From an uncultured Oscillospiraceae bacterium (GTDB lineage Bacteria > Bacillota > Clostridia > Christensenellales > CAG-138), in assembly GCA_964476505.1 (NCBI GenBank), contig CAYZAW010000003.1, positions 2,462 to 66,461 of the forward strand: DNA of 64,000 bases, read 5' to 3'. Below are positions 1 to 10,121 of this stretch, one piece after another. The number at the start of each line of letters is the position of its first letter. Position 1 is the first letter of the stretch. The position numbers were made by a program, and so were the translations under genes. Under the pieces are notes generated by a model. The model worked only from the letters and a program-made list of their open reading frames with translations. It made no database searches and had not been told where the DNA came from.

Positions 1-420
1 CGCAAACCAATAGCATACGCCTCCCGGCGTGTGCCCCGGCGTGTGCAGCACAACCGCTTGCATAGAGCCAACGGTAATGGAATCGTTTTCTTGCAGGAGC
101 CTGTTTGCGGTAAACGTTTCTACGCGGGCATTCATCAAAGCCGCCAAGCTTGCGTTTTCGTTTTCCGGCATGAAAGCGTCTGCCGCATGGATGCAGACCT
201 CCGCCCCCGTGGCCTCCGCCAAGCGCTTGACCCCGCCGATATGGTCAAAATGCCCATGTGTTAACAGTATCCGTTCGCAGTGCAACCCTTGCGCAAGCAG
301 AAACGCGGATACCGGTAGGTACGCCGCCGGGTCTATCACGGCGCAGTTCTGTTCGCCCTCTTTCCAGATCACATAGGCGTTCACGTCCAGCGGCCCGCAA
401 ACGATGGTTTCTATTTGCAT
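1..420 (-). CDS. MBL-fold metallo-hydrolase (hydroxyacylglutathione hydrolase-like); C-terminus cut by the window edge
   Basis: Not in the ORF track because no stop falls inside the window. The reverse complement of 418-420 is ATG. My translation reads MQIETIVCGPLDVNAYVIWKEGEQ..., contains ILLTHGHFDHIGG (HxHxDH zinc motif, about 241-270), and ends ...LHTPGHTPGGVCYWFA at nt 1. Confidence 0.85.
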   Translation of the reverse strand, partial: MQIETIVCGPLDVNAYVIWKEGEQNCAVIDPAAYLPVSAFLLAQGLHCERILLTHGHFDHIGGVKRLAEATGAEVCIHAADAFMPENENASLAALMNARVETFTANRLLQENDSITVGSMQAVVLHTPGHTPGGVCYWFA

Positions 421-427
421 AGCATCC

Positions 428-874
428 TCAAAACAGCTTTTTGCTTTCCAAGAGTATGGTCACAGGCCCGTCGTTGATCAATGCAACATCCATTACCGCC
501 TGAAACTCGCCCGTTTCTACAGGAACGCTTTCCTGCAGGATGGCAATACACTTTTCGTACAGCGGAATGGCGGTCTCCGGGCGCGCCGCCTTGATAAAGC
601 TTGGCCTGCGGCCCTTTCTGGCGTCCCCGTACAGGGTAAACTGGGATACCAATAAAATGCTCCCGCCCACGTCCGTAATGGAAAGGTTCATCTTCTCCTC
701 CGCGTCCTCAAACACGCGAAGGCCTATGAGCTTATCGCAAATATACCGGGCGTCTGCCTCGGTATCCGTGTCCTCCACGCCCAACAGAACCATATAGCCC
801 TTGCCGATCTTTCCGATCACACGGCCGTCCGTGGTAACGCTGGCTTCCTTTACCCGCTGTACTACTGCTCGCAT
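428..874 (-). CDS. dtd: D-aminoacyl-tRNA deacylase
   Basis: 148-aa [12 protein letters not shown]-terminus and the SQFTLYGD motif are typical of Dtd. It sits directly downstream of relA, as in many Firmicutes. Confidence 0.9.
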   Translation of the reverse strand: MRAVVQRVKEASVTTDGRVIGKIGKGYMVLLGVEDTDTEADARYICDKLIGLRVFEDAEEKMNLSITDVGGSILLVSQFTLYGDARKGRRPSFIKAARPETAIPLYEKCIAILQESVPVETGEFQAVMDVALINDGPVTILLESKKLF

Positions 875-884
875 GTATTGCTCC

Positions 885-3080
885 TTAATTGCTTATTCTG
901 TAAACGTCATTGATGCCCCGTATCTTTTTGAGGCCCTTGATCACATTGGTGAGCTGGCTTGCGTTATTCACTTCAAAAGACATCTGCACGTTGACGGAGC
1001 CGTTCTTGTCTGCCTTTGCGTTCAGCGCGGAAATGCCCAAGTCGAAGCTCATCAAAAGCTGGGTGATATCCATGACCACACCCGGCCTGTCTACCGCCGA
1101 AATATGGATATTTGCCATATAGGTAGAGCGCACGTCCGTTGCCCATTCCACAGGCACCATGCGATCTTCCTCCCGGAACAGGTCGCCCACGTTGGGGCAG
1201 TCGCTGCGGTGGATGGAAACGCCTCTGCCGCGGGTGATGTAGCCTACGATGTCGTCTCCCGGCAGCGGACTGCAGCACTGGGCAAAGCGTACCACCATGT
1301 TTGGCTCCCCTTTTACGATGATGCCACGGGAACCGCCGCTGTGCTGCGGCTTTGGTGCCGTTTGGGTCGTCAGCCCTTCGTTTAGGCTGTTGATCTTTTC
1401 TTCCAGCAGCTGCTGTTTTTCGGTTTTGCGATACTGCTCCAGCAGTTTATGGAGTATTTGCCCTGTGGAAAGGCCGCCGTAGCCGATGGTGGCGTAAATA
1501 TCCTCTAAGGAGGTCATGTTATACCGCTTGAGGATATCCGCGTAAAACTCCTGCTTCATCAGTGTGGAAAGCTGCTGTCCGTGGCGTTTGGCGGCTTCCT
1601 CCAGCATTTCCCTGCCTTTTTGGATGTTCTCCTCGCGGTTGGCCTTTTTGAACCACTGGCGAATCTTCACCTTGGCCTGCTGAGTCTTTACGATATTGAT
1701 CCAATCCCGGCTGGGGCCTGCTTGGCTGGCAGAGGTGATGATCTCCACCACGTCGTTGGTTTTTAATTTGTAATCCAACCGCACCATCACGCCGTTGACC
1801 TTGGCGTGCTGGCAGTGATGGCCTACGTTGGTGTGGATGCGGTACGCAAAATCCAGCGGTGTGGAGCCGGTAGGCAAGTCCAATATCTCGCCGTTTGGGG
1901 TCAGCACGAACACATACTCGCTGAAGAAATCCTTCATGATGTTATCCACGAATTCCTTCGCGCTTTCCGTATCGTCCTCGGTTTCCAGCGCCTGCCTGAG
2001 CCAGCCCAGCTTACTGTCCAGCTCGTCCTGTACGTTGCGGCCTTCCTTATACATCCAATGCGCCGCGATGCCGTATTCCGCCGTGCGGTGCATCTCTACG
2101 GTTCTGATCTGCACCTCAAAGGGAATGCCCTCCGCCCCAAACAGCGTGGTATGCAAGGAACGATACATGTTGGGCTTTGGCATGGCGATATAATCCTTGA
2201 ACCGCCCGGGCATGGGCTTCCAAAGGGAGTGTATCACGCCCAGCGCCGCGTAACAGTCGTTCACCGTTTGCACGATCACGCGAATTGCCAACAGGTCGTA
2301 TATCTCCTCCAACGGCCTGTTCTGCTTGACCATTTTGCGGTAGATGCTGTATAAATGCTTCGGCCTGCCGTTGATCTCCGCCTGAATCCCCAGCTTGTCC
2401 ATCTGCTCGCTGATAACGGCGATGGCGCTTTTTAATATCTCTTTTCGCTGCTCTTGTAAGGGAGCGATGGCAGCGCGGAGCTTTTCGTATTCCTCGGGCA
2501 TCAGGTGCATAAAGGAGAGATCCTCCAACTCGCACTTGATAGCGCCCATGCCGAAGCGATGCGCCAAGGGCGCGTATACCTCCAGCGTTTCTTTGGCTTT
2601 CCTTACGCGCTTTGCAGTGTTGCAGTATTCCAGTGTGCGCATGTTATGCAGGCGGTCTGTGAGCTTGATGATGACCACCCGCACGTCGTTTGCGATGGCA
2701 AGGAACATCTTTCGGAGGTTTTCCGCCTGCTGCTCTTCCTTGGTGATGAAGGTTTGCGCGCCGGACTTGGTCAGCTTGGTAACGCCGTCTACCATGGTGG
2801 CGATCTCGCTGCCGAATTCCTCCGCCACGATGGCAACGGTAATATCCTTGCCGTCCTCTACCACATCGTGTAAAAGGCCTGCGATCACGGTGGCGGAGTC
2901 CATGCCAAGGTCGTACAGCATCATTGCAACGGCTTCCGGGTGGATATAGTATTCCTCGCCGGATTCCCGCTTTTGCCCCTCATGGGCTTTTTTTGCAAAG
3001 GCAATGGCTTTTTCAAGCAGACTAAGCTGTTCTGCCGTAAAGCTCTGCTTGCATTTATCGTATAGCATGCTGTTTTCCAT
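885..3080 (-). CDS. relA: bifunctional (p)ppGpp synthetase/hydrolase (RelA/SpoT homolog)
   Basis: 731 aa. N-terminal HD hydrolase motif (LLHDVVED), a central RelA/SpoT synthetase region ([19 protein letters not shown]), and a TGS-like plus C-terminal ACT-like tail. Confidence 0.93.
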   Translation of the reverse strand: MENSMLYDKCKQSFTAEQLSLLEKAIAFAKKAHEGQKRESGEEYYIHPEAVAMMLYDLGMDSATVIAGLLHDVVEDGKDITVAIVAEEFGSEIATMVDGVTKLTKSGAQTFITKEEQQAENLRKMFLAIANDVRVVIIKLTDRLHNMRTLEYCNTAKRVRKAKETLEVYAPLAHRFGMGAIKCELEDLSFMHLMPEEYEKLRAAIAPLQEQRKEILKSAIAVISEQMDKLGIQAEINGRPKHLYSIYRKMVKQNRPLEEIYDLLAIRVIVQTVNDCYAALGVIHSLWKPMPGRFKDYIAMPKPNMYRSLHTTLFGAEGIPFEVQIRTVEMHRTAEYGIAAHWMYKEGRNVQDELDSKLGWLRQALETEDDTESAKEFVDNIMKDFFSEYVFVLTPNGEILDLPTGSTPLDFAYRIHTNVGHHCQHAKVNGVMVRLDYKLKTNDVVEIITSASQAGPSRDWINIVKTQQAKVKIRQWFKKANREENIQKGREMLEEAAKRHGQQLSTLMKQEFYADILKRYNMTSLEDIYATIGYGGLSTGQILHKLLEQYRKTEKQQLLEEKINSLNEGLTTQTAPKPQHSGGSRGIIVKGEPNMVVRFAQCCSPLPGDDIVGYITRGRGVSIHRSDCPNVGDLFREEDRMVPVEWATDVRSTYMANIHISAVDRPGVVMDITQLLMSFDLGISALNAKADKNGSVNVQMSFEVNNASQLTNVIKGLKKIRGINDVYRISN

Positions 3081-3122
3081 GGCACGTACCTCCTTTCCGC
3101 CGTACTTGTAAAAGTAATGAAG

Positions 3123-3146
3123 AAATCAACGGCTAGCCGTTGATTT
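3123..3146 (-). terminator. perfect 11-bp-arm palindrome between apt and relA (possible partial terminator or processing hairpin)
   Basis: aaatcaacggc-ta-gccgttgattt. On the minus-strand RNA it is followed by CUUCAUUACUUUU, which is only moderately U-rich. Confidence 0.4.
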
Positions 3147-3168
3147 CAAATGCTTTTCGCTTATTTTA

Positions 3169-3681
3169 CTAGAAAACCATCACGGAATCAACATCATAAT
3201 CCCGAAGCGTCTCCCGACCGTTGAGCTCATCCAGCTCAATGGCAAAGCGTGCGGCTACTACCTTGCCGCCTGCCTGCTCTACCAGCCTTGCGGTGGCAAG
3301 CGCCGTACCGCCGGTAGCTAACAGGTCGTCTACGATGGCAACGCGCTGCCCGGGCTTGATGGCATCTTCATGCACTTCCAGAACATCGGTGCCGTATTCC
3401 AAGCCGTATTCGTAGCGGTTGGTTTTGCAGGGAAGCTTGCCGGGCTTACGCGCCACGATAAAGCCCGCGCCAAGGGCGTACGCCAGCGCTGAGCCAATTA
3501 CAAAGCCGCGCGCCTCGGGGCCTATGACCAATTCCACATTGAGATCCTTAACGGATTCCGCCATGCGGTCGATCAGCTCATGGTACGCCTCCGGGTTCTT
3601 TAACAGCGTTGTAATGTCGCGAAACATGATCCCTTCCTTGGGAAAGTCCGGAATATTACGGATGGTTGCAGCAAGATCCAT
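3169..3681 (-). CDS. apt: adenine phosphoribosyltransferase
   Basis: 170 aa. PRPP-binding motif VAIVDDLLATGGTA. Length and N-terminus are typical of Apt. Confidence 0.92.
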   Translation of the reverse strand: MDLAATIRNIPDFPKEGIMFRDITTLLKNPEAYHELIDRMAESVKDLNVELVIGPEARGFVIGSALAYALGAGFIVARKPGKLPCKTNRYEYGLEYGTDVLEVHEDAIKPGQRVAIVDDLLATGGTALATARLVEQAGGKVVAARFAIELDELNGRETLRDYDVDSVMVF

Positions 3682-3712
3682 TTTGTCCTCCTCCGTGCAT
3701 AAGGCACGCTAT

Positions 3713-6109
3713 TCAACTTTCTGCCGTGGTCATCGCAGCCAAAGCCGCGGAATAAATACTGCTGTTTGATAACGGTTTGTTTTCGCAGCCGTTCACCCGG
3801 CTAACGGTTTCCTCTTGCTCGTTGAACACATAAAAGCCCAGCTCGCAAAACACCGAAAGCCACAGAAGCCCCGCTTCCCGCCCTTCTAAGCGTTCCGCCG
3901 CAAGCAGCAATTCTTCTAAAGCGGCTTCGCCGTTTCGCAGCACAGCCCCATAGGCTGAAAAATACTGCTTTGCGGTTTCCCGGTTTGCCTTTAGCGGGGC
4001 AAAAAACGCATCGCCGCAAGTGCGCGGTATCGAAGCATAAACGCTTTGTGGTACCGATACCTCCGGCATAGCGGTAAACCCATAGAAAAACGCCTGCCCA
4101 AAGCCTGTTGCGGTAAGCCCGCATAAGTCGGGAGCCAGCACCAAGGCATTGTACCCGCCTTGCCCGCAGCTTTCCATGGAAACGTCGATACACTGGGCAA
4201 GGCCGCAATCCAGCAACAGCCTTTGCAGCCGGAGCGCCTCCTGCGGCATACCGCACAGCACCAGCGTGCCGTACCGGCTTTTCTTTAGCGCCGTAACCAA
4301 CGTTTCGTCCGCATCCTTTGCGGCAACAGCTTCGTGAGAAACGCCGCGACTACTAGTATACATAACATTTCGGAAAAATGCATCATAAAAATTATACGAA
4401 CGCCGCGTTACATAGCCTTCGTCCGCAAAAAACGACACGTCCTTTGCACACTTTAACAACAGCTGTATGCTCTTATGCTGCTTGTATTCGTTGATAGACG
4501 GGGTAAACAGGAGATCGTAACACTCGCCCTCGGCCAACGCCTCTGCCTGTTCGCCCAGATGAAACGCCACCACCGGCGCTCGCCAGCCCCGCTGTACCGC
4601 CGTGGCCTGCAAATGGCTGCCGGTTTTTCCTACCCGGCGTATGCTGGTAAGAGCCGTGCTTCTGGTGCAAAACACCGGCTGGGGATTGCCCTCTCCAAAG
4701 GGTGCCAGTTGCGCAAATTCATTGGCGACCCCCATGGTCAGATCGCGGATTTCTGTTTCCATATCGTAATACCGGGTGGGAACAAACGCGTCCTCCGGTA
4801 TATGATCTGCCAAATATGTGTTGAAGTCCTCAAAAAAGCCCGCAAACGCGCTGTGCGCCATGGTAAGCCCCGCCGCCTGTGCGTGCCCGCCAAAGCGGAT
4901 AAAACGCGCAGAAAAGGCGTTTAGACACTCGTACAGGTTGACCCCCGGAATACTGCGTCCGGAGCCCGTGAGGCAATCCCCTTCCAACGAAAAGAGAATG
5001 ACGGGCTTGTAATACGCCTCCGCTAGCCTTGATGCCACGATTCCGATAACGCCCGGATTCCATCCCACGCCGTAGAGAAGTATCGCGCGGTTTTGCAGAA
5101 GATCATAGCTCTTTAGCTGGGCGTTGGCAGACTTTAGTATTTCCTGCTCCGCCGCCTGCCGCTTTTCATTTTCGCCGTTCAATTCCAATGCGATAGGCAG
5201 CGCCTCTTCCTTGTTTTTGCATAACAGCAGCTGTACGCCCCGGGCGGCATCGCCCATGCGTCCGGCGGCATTCAGGCGCGGCGCGGCGCGAAACAGCAGC
5301 ATATCGCTGTCAATGGCGTTTTCGCCGCAGCCCGCAGCGGACAGCAGCGCCATGATACCAGGCACGCTTGGCATGTTTTTGATGCCCTCAGCCACGATCA
5401 CGCGATTTTCGTTTAGCAATGGCACAACGTCTGCTACCGTTGCCAAGGCCGCAAGCGCCAGATAGGGTGTGATCTCTTCACAACCCAATGCCTGCACCAG
5501 CTTTAGCGCAACGCCCGCACCGCAAAGCTTGGAGAAGGGATAGCGGCTGCCCTCCCGCTCCGCGTCGATCACGGCGGCGCATTCGGGGAGTTTGTCCGGG
5601 CACTGGTGATGGTCGGTCACCACCACCTCCATGCCAAGGGCATACGCCAAAGCAATCTCCGGCTTGGCAGATACGCCATTGTCCACGGTAACGATCAGCT
5701 TTACCCCGTCCTCCGCCAGCATTCGCACGGTTTTTTCGTTCATGCCGTATCCGTCCGTATGCCGGGAGGGAATGAAATACCGCACCGCCGCGCCGATCGC
5801 GCTAAGATACCGGGTCATAATGGCGGTGGCACAGATACCGTCTACATCATAATCCCCGTAAACGGCAATGGACTCCTGTTCCTGTACGGCGAAGCGGATA
5901 CGATCTACCGCCGCCTGCATATCCGGCAGCAAAAAAGGATCGTGCAGTTGGGCAAGGCTGGGGTGTAAAAACGCCTGTATATCGTCTGTTTCGCGCAGTC
6001 CGCGCGCGTAAAGCGCCGCAGCCATCATGGGCGATACGGCGTTTTCCTGCGCGATGCGGGCAACCTCGCTTTGGTCTGCCTGCGCAAATTTAGACAACAG
6101 CTGTAACAT
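3713..6109 (-). CDS. recJ: single-stranded-DNA-specific exonuclease RecJ
   Basis: 798 aa. DHH-family motifs (VYGDYDVDG, TVDNG, VVTDHHQ) and a DHHA1-like GGHAQAAG. Confidence 0.9.
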   Translation of the reverse strand: MLQLLSKFAQADQSEVARIAQENAVSPMMAAALYARGLRETDDIQAFLHPSLAQLHDPFLLPDMQAAVDRIRFAVQEQESIAVYGDYDVDGICATAIMTRYLSAIGAAVRYFIPSRHTDGYGMNEKTVRMLAEDGVKLIVTVDNGVSAKPEIALAYALGMEVVVTDHHQCPDKLPECAAVIDAEREGSRYPFSKLCGAGVALKLVQALGCEEITPYLALAALATVADVVPLLNENRVIVAEGIKNMPSVPGIMALLSAAGCGENAIDSDMLLFRAAPRLNAAGRMGDAARGVQLLLCKNKEEALPIALELNGENEKRQAAEQEILKSANAQLKSYDLLQNRAILLYGVGWNPGVIGIVASRLAEAYYKPVILFSLEGDCLTGSGRSIPGVNLYECLNAFSARFIRFGGHAQAAGLTMAHSAFAGFFEDFNTYLADHIPEDAFVPTRYYDMETEIRDLTMGVANEFAQLAPFGEGNPQPVFCTRSTALTSIRRVGKTGSHLQATAVQRGWRAPVVAFHLGEQAEALAEGECYDLLFTPSINEYKQHKSIQLLLKCAKDVSFFADEGYVTRRSYNFYDAFFRNVMYTSSRGVSHEAVAAKDADETLVTALKKSRYGTLVLCGMPQEALRLQRLLLDCGLAQCIDVSMESCGQGGYNALVLAPDLCGLTATGFGQAFFYGFTAMPEVSVPQSVYASIPRTCGDAFFAPLKANRETAKQYFSAYGAVLRNGEAALEELLLAAERLEGREAGLLWLSVFCELGFYVFNEQEETVSRVNGCENKPLSNSSIYSAALAAMTTAES

Positions 6110-6116
6110 GGCATCC

Positions 6117-6148
6117 TCAAAAGAAGGGCGAACTCCTGTCCGCCCTTC
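6117..6148 (-). terminator. hairpin plus U-run after secF, abutting the recJ RBS
   Basis: Minus-strand RNA reads GAAGGGCG-gacaggaguu-CGCCCUUC followed by UUUUGAGGAUGCC-AUG. The U-tract runs into the recJ Shine-Dalgarno. Confidence 0.5.
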
Positions 6149-6157
6149 CGTGGTTCG

Positions 6158-7090
6158 TTATTTTTTCTTGGTGTTGGTTGCCTTTTGTTTGGCGCTTCTC
6201 ATCTTATCCGCACGGCGGACATACCACGTGGCCCACATGGGTCCAGCCAGGAAGATGGAAGAATATGTGCCTGCCAGTAAGCCGATGATGATGGGCAGAG
6301 CGAACTGACGGATGGACTCCACGCCCAGCACGTACAACATCACGATGGTAGCCAGCGTGGTGATGGAGGTGTTGATGGAGCGCGTCATCGTTTGGCTGAT
6401 GCTCTTGTTTACGATCTCTACCCGGTGCTTATCCACCGCGGCGTCGCTTTTACTGTTTTCACGGATACGGTCGAACACAACGATGGTGTTGTTGATGGAA
6501 TAGCCAACGATGGTCAGTACCGCCGCAATGAACGGGGAGTTGACCGGTATCCGCAGGATGCAGGTGAACGCCAACATGATCACAACGTCGTGAATGAGCG
6601 CCAGCACAGCAGCCAAGCCGGAGTACAGCTCAAAGCGGATCCAAATGTATACCAGAATAAGCGCGCTTGCGATCAATATGGAGAGGAAGGCGTTGCGAAC
6701 CAAGTCCTTGCTGGCAACACCGTCCACGCGGTCAACCGCGGTGATTTCCGCTTGGGGATAGGTTGCCTGCACGGTTTCCAGCACCGCCACACGCGCGTCG
6801 CTTTCCGCAGCGTCGTCGTTCTTGCTCTTCATGCGGATATCCACCAGCGTCTGGGAGGAGGCGGAAGCTCCGGTGCGTACCGCCTGTGCATCCCCCAAGC
6901 CGTTTGCGGTCAGCGCATTGGTGATAACGCTCATGTCATAATCGCCCTTGAGGTCGATGGTAAACAGCGTACCGCCGGTGAAATCCACGCCGACGTTCAA
7001 GCCGCCCGCAAAGATGCCCACAACGATGCCAACAAGAATGATGGCGGCGGAAACGCAAGCCATAGTCTTAAACTTCTTAACGAAATCCAT
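6158..7090 (-). CDS. secF: protein translocase subunit SecF
   Basis: 310 aa. Motif VDFTGGT and six predicted TM segments. Directly downstream of secD. Confidence 0.92.
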   Translation of the reverse strand: MDFVKKFKTMACVSAAIILVGIVVGIFAGGLNVGVDFTGGTLFTIDLKGDYDMSVITNALTANGLGDAQAVRTGASASSQTLVDIRMKSKNDDAAESDARVAVLETVQATYPQAEITAVDRVDGVASKDLVRNAFLSILIASALILVYIWIRFELYSGLAAVLALIHDVVIMLAFTCILRIPVNSPFIAAVLTIVGYSINNTIVVFDRIRENSKSDAAVDKHRVEIVNKSISQTMTRSINTSITTLATIVMLYVLGVESIRQFALPIIIGLLAGTYSSIFLAGPMWATWYVRRADKMRSAKQKATNTKKK

Positions 7091-7103
7091 TGCGCTTCCC
7101 TCC

Positions 7104-8390
7104 TTATTCCGCTTCCTTGCTCTGCGTTTTCATGGGGCAGAACAAGGCTTTGTTTTTGATGTTGAAGCCTAACAGCAGGTTCATCAGCCCGCGGGTGATA
7201 AACACTGCGGTGATAAAGCTGACGATGATACCGATGAGCAGCGTAACGGCAAACCCTTTGATGGTACCGGTTCCGAAGAACAACAGCACCAGCGCCGCGA
7301 TCACGGTGGTTACGTTGGAGTCCATAATCGCCGTGAACGCACGGGAGAAGCCCGCCTTTACAGAGGTACGCGGAGACTTGCCGCTTCTTAGCTCCTCGCG
7401 CATACGCTCGAAAATAACCACGTTTGCGTCAACCGCCATGCCGATGGAGAGGATGATACCCGCAATGCCCGGCAGCGTTAGCTGCACGCCGGGTATCGTA
7501 GCCAGACAGAACAGTACGATGATCATGTAGATCACCAGCGCTAAGTCTGCCATGAGGCCGGGCAGGCGATAGTACACCGCCATGAACACCAGTATCAGTC
7601 CGATGCCGATGATCGCCGCCAGCAGGCTGGTTTCCATGGCTTCGTCGCCCAAGGTGGCGCTGACGGAGCGAACCTCTATCTCTTCCATTTCGATGGGGAT
7701 CGCGCCGCTTTGAATCTGCTGGGTCAGCCGCGCGGCTTCTTCATAGGTAAAGCCGCCCTCGATGTACGCGCTGCCGCCGCTAATCACGGAATTGACCGTG
7801 GGGTTGGAAATGACGGTGTCGTCCAGCTTGATATCGATGGATTTGCCGGTGCCTACCAGCTCTCCCGTTGCCTTTGCGAAGGCTTGGGTTGCTTCCGCGT
7901 CCAGCGTAAAGTTCACAACATAATCCGAACCGCCGGTGGGGTTCATGGTAACGCCGGTCTCCGTCATGTTGGAGCCCTCAAACAGCACCGTTCCGTCCGG
8001 ATGGAGGAACTGCACCACAGCGGGCTTCACCAAGTACTGGGTGATAGCGCTGGGGTCGTCTACCATGTTGGACTCGTTGATGGGGATCTCGATGCGGAGC
8101 CTGCCCGTGCCCTGACGGCTGATGGTGGCTTCCGTATATCCCTCGGAGTCCAAACGGGTACGCATAACACTAAATGCGATATCAATGTTTTGCGCCAGAT
8201 ACGGATCGGTAAGATCCGCCGCTTCATACACGACCGATACGCCGCCGGTCAAATCTAAGCCCTGCGGAATCTGCCGGAACAGAGGATCGATTTTGTAGAT
8301 CCCCCATGCTGCGCCGCCAAAGGCGACGATACCTGCGGCTGCCGTCAATACAATAATGATGACAAGCGCCACGATCTTGCGTACATTCAC
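7104..8390 (-). CDS. secD: protein translocase subunit SecD
   Basis: 428 aa with a GTG start 8 nt after AGGAGG. GLDLTGG motif and a C-terminal SecD/SecF TM bundle. Confidence 0.92.
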   Translation of the reverse strand: MNVRKIVALVIIIVLTAAAGIVAFGGAAWGIYKIDPLFRQIPQGLDLTGGVSVVYEAADLTDPYLAQNIDIAFSVMRTRLDSEGYTEATISRQGTGRLRIEIPINESNMVDDPSAITQYLVKPAVVQFLHPDGTVLFEGSNMTETGVTMNPTGGSDYVVNFTLDAEATQAFAKATGELVGTGKSIDIKLDDTVISNPTVNSVISGGSAYIEGGFTYEEAARLTQQIQSGAIPIEMEEIEVRSVSATLGDEAMETSLLAAIIGIGLILVFMAVYYRLPGLMADLALVIYMIIVLFCLATIPGVQLTLPGIAGIILSIGMAVDANVVIFERMREELRSGKSPRTSVKAGFSRAFTAIMDSNVTTVIAALVLLFFGTGTIKGFAVTLLIGIIVSFITAVFITRGLMNLLLGFNIKNKALFCPMKTQSKEAE

Positions 8391-8508
8391 TACGCTCTCC
8401 TCCTAAACGCCGCAATGCGGCTTGTTTCTTTACAACGCGACTTCTATTATTACAAAAACACACGGTAATTGCAAGAATAATTGGGATATTCCTAGGCGTT
8501 TTTATAGA

Positions 8509-9864
8509 TTACGCGTCTTGGGTGTTGATGCCGATGGCGCATTCCGTCCGTTTTTTCTCGAACGCACAGGTAATGGCGTACGGTTTGTTGATATCTCCGC
8601 AGTATTTATACGCGTTGGCTGCACAGCCGCCACTGCAAAAATACTTTGCCCAGCAATCCTTGCAGGCTTCCTTTGTACGCACGTTGCAGTTACGGAATTG
8701 CGTCTGCTTTTCCGGCAAGAACGTACCCGTCATCACATTGCCCATGCAAAAGCCGGGCTCACCCACAAACTGGTGGCAGGGGTAGATATCACCGTCCGGC
8801 GTTACCGCCACATACTCCACGCCCGCTCCGCAGCCGGAAATGCGTTTTTTCAGGCACGGGCCGTTTCCAAGGTCTATCATAAAATGGAAGAAGTTGAACC
8901 ATTTTCCGGCCTTCTTGCTTTCCGCCATGTAATCCACCAGTTTATCGTACTCGCTTAAAATACGCGTTACGTCCGCTTCCAATATGGCATAAGAGTCGGT
9001 TTCGGGCAGCACCACGGGTTCTAAGGAAATCTGTTCAAAGCCCTCGTTTACCAGCGATTTTACGTCCTCGGTAAAATCCAGATTGCGGTTGGTGAAGGTG
9101 CCGCGAATGTAATGCTGGCGCTCTCCCCGAAGCTCTACCATGCGCTTAGCCTTTTCGATGATGATATCATAAGAGCCTTTTCCGTTTACCGTGGGGCGAA
9201 GAGCGTCGTGTATCTCGCGCCTGCCATCTAGGCTCAATACGATATTGTACATTTCCGCATTAAGCCACTGCATCTTTTCCTCATCCAAGGCAACACAGTT
9301 GGTGGTCATTGTAAAGCGAATGGTTTTGCCGTGCTTTTGTTCCAGCTCCCGTCCGTAGGCTACGATCTCTTTTACCGCTTCAAAATTGATGAGCGGTTCG
9401 CCGCCAAACAAATCTACCTCCAGGTTCTTACGGCTACCGGACTTTTGAATCAAAAAGTCCAACGCCTGCTTGCCTACCGCAACGGGCATCAGCTTTCGCT
9501 CCCCGTGGAACTCGCCGGTACCGGCAAAGCAATACCGGCAGCGCAAATTACAGTCATGCGCAATATGCAGGCACATGGCCTTGATGACCTCCGGCGCGGC
9601 GTTTTCCGGCGGGTTCAGCGCAGGGCTGTCGTATTCTCCGGCTGCGCGCAATGCGTCCAGCTCCTGCAATATCTCTTTTACATCCGCCTGCTCAATGCCT
9701 GCCTGATAAGGGTCTTGCTTATCCTCGATCGCGCGCACTACCTTATAAGAAGCTTCGTCCAGCTCATGCAGCGCGCCGCTTTCCACATCCAGCAGTAAAT
9801 ATCTGTTTTTAAATTGAAATGCGTGTACCAATCGTTCCCTCCACATGAACACAGGGGCGCGCAT
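8509..9864 (-). CDS. scfB: radical SAM/SPASM thioether-forming SCIFF peptide maturase
   Basis: 451 aa. Radical SAM CNLRCRYC (CxxxCxxC) and a C-terminal SPASM Cys cluster (CPCHQF..., CKDCWAKYFCSGGC). It lies immediately downstream of a SCIFF precursor ORF. Confidence 0.88.
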   Translation of the reverse strand: MRAPVFMWRERLVHAFQFKNRYLLLDVESGALHELDEASYKVVRAIEDKQDPYQAGIEQADVKEILQELDALRAAGEYDSPALNPPENAAPEVIKAMCLHIAHDCNLRCRYCFAGTGEFHGERKLMPVAVGKQALDFLIQKSGSRKNLEVDLFGGEPLINFEAVKEIVAYGRELEQKHGKTIRFTMTTNCVALDEEKMQWLNAEMYNIVLSLDGRREIHDALRPTVNGKGSYDIIIEKAKRMVELRGERQHYIRGTFTNRNLDFTEDVKSLVNEGFEQISLEPVVLPETDSYAILEADVTRILSEYDKLVDYMAESKKAGKWFNFFHFMIDLGNGPCLKKRISGCGAGVEYVAVTPDGDIYPCHQFVGEPGFCMGNVMTGTFLPEKQTQFRNCNVRTKEACKDCWAKYFCSGGCAANAYKYCGDINKPYAITCAFEKKRTECAIGINTQDA

Positions 9865-9899
9865 ACTGCCCGCCCCCGTGGTAGGTCAAGACCTAACGT

Positions 9900-10043
9900 T
9901 TATTTTTCTTTCTTGGCGCAGCTCTGGTTTGCTACCGTGCAGCTGGTTTTGCAGGCGCTCTGGCAGCTTGCCTGGCACTCGCCGCAGCCGCTGTTGGCGC
10001 TGGCGTTGATGCAGGGCTTCTGAATGGTTTTAATATGCTTCAT
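9900..10043 (-). CDS. scfA: SCIFF (six-cysteines-in-forty-five) ranthipeptide precursor
   Basis: Too short for the ORF track. My translation is M(M)KHIKTIQKPCINASANSGCGECQASCQSACKTSCTVANQSCAKKEK*. GGAGGA lies 5-8 nt upstream of the tandem ATGs at 10046 and 10043, and the TAA stop is at 9900-9902. The core GCGECQxSCQSACKTSCTVxNQSC is the SCIFF signature. Confidence 0.9.
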   Translation of the reverse strand: MKHIKTIQKPCINASANSGCGECQASCQSACKTSCTVANQSCAKKEK

Positions 10044-10090
10044 CATCTAAATCCTCCGTTATCGTTGATTTCACTACATTTTGCGTTGTT

Positions 10091-10119
10091 ATTATACAAT
10101 AGCATACGCTTATGAGCAA
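10091..10119 (-). promoter_or_regulatory. sigma-A-like promoter for scfA-scfB
   Basis: Minus strand reads TTGCTC, then a 17-nt spacer, then TATAAT. It lies just after the ackA stop and about 45 nt upstream of scfA. Confidence 0.5.
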
Positions 10120-10121
10120 GT

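Noticed and set aside
6392-7159. 255-aa plus-strand ORF antisense to secF. Similar cases are 801-1385, 15012-15638, 55493-56110, 57778-58440 and 62439-63209
   Set aside because: These are shadow ORFs on the opposite strand of genes with clear family signatures. They have Arg/Gly/His-rich compositions and no RBS, as expected for stop-poor antisense frames in high-GC DNA.
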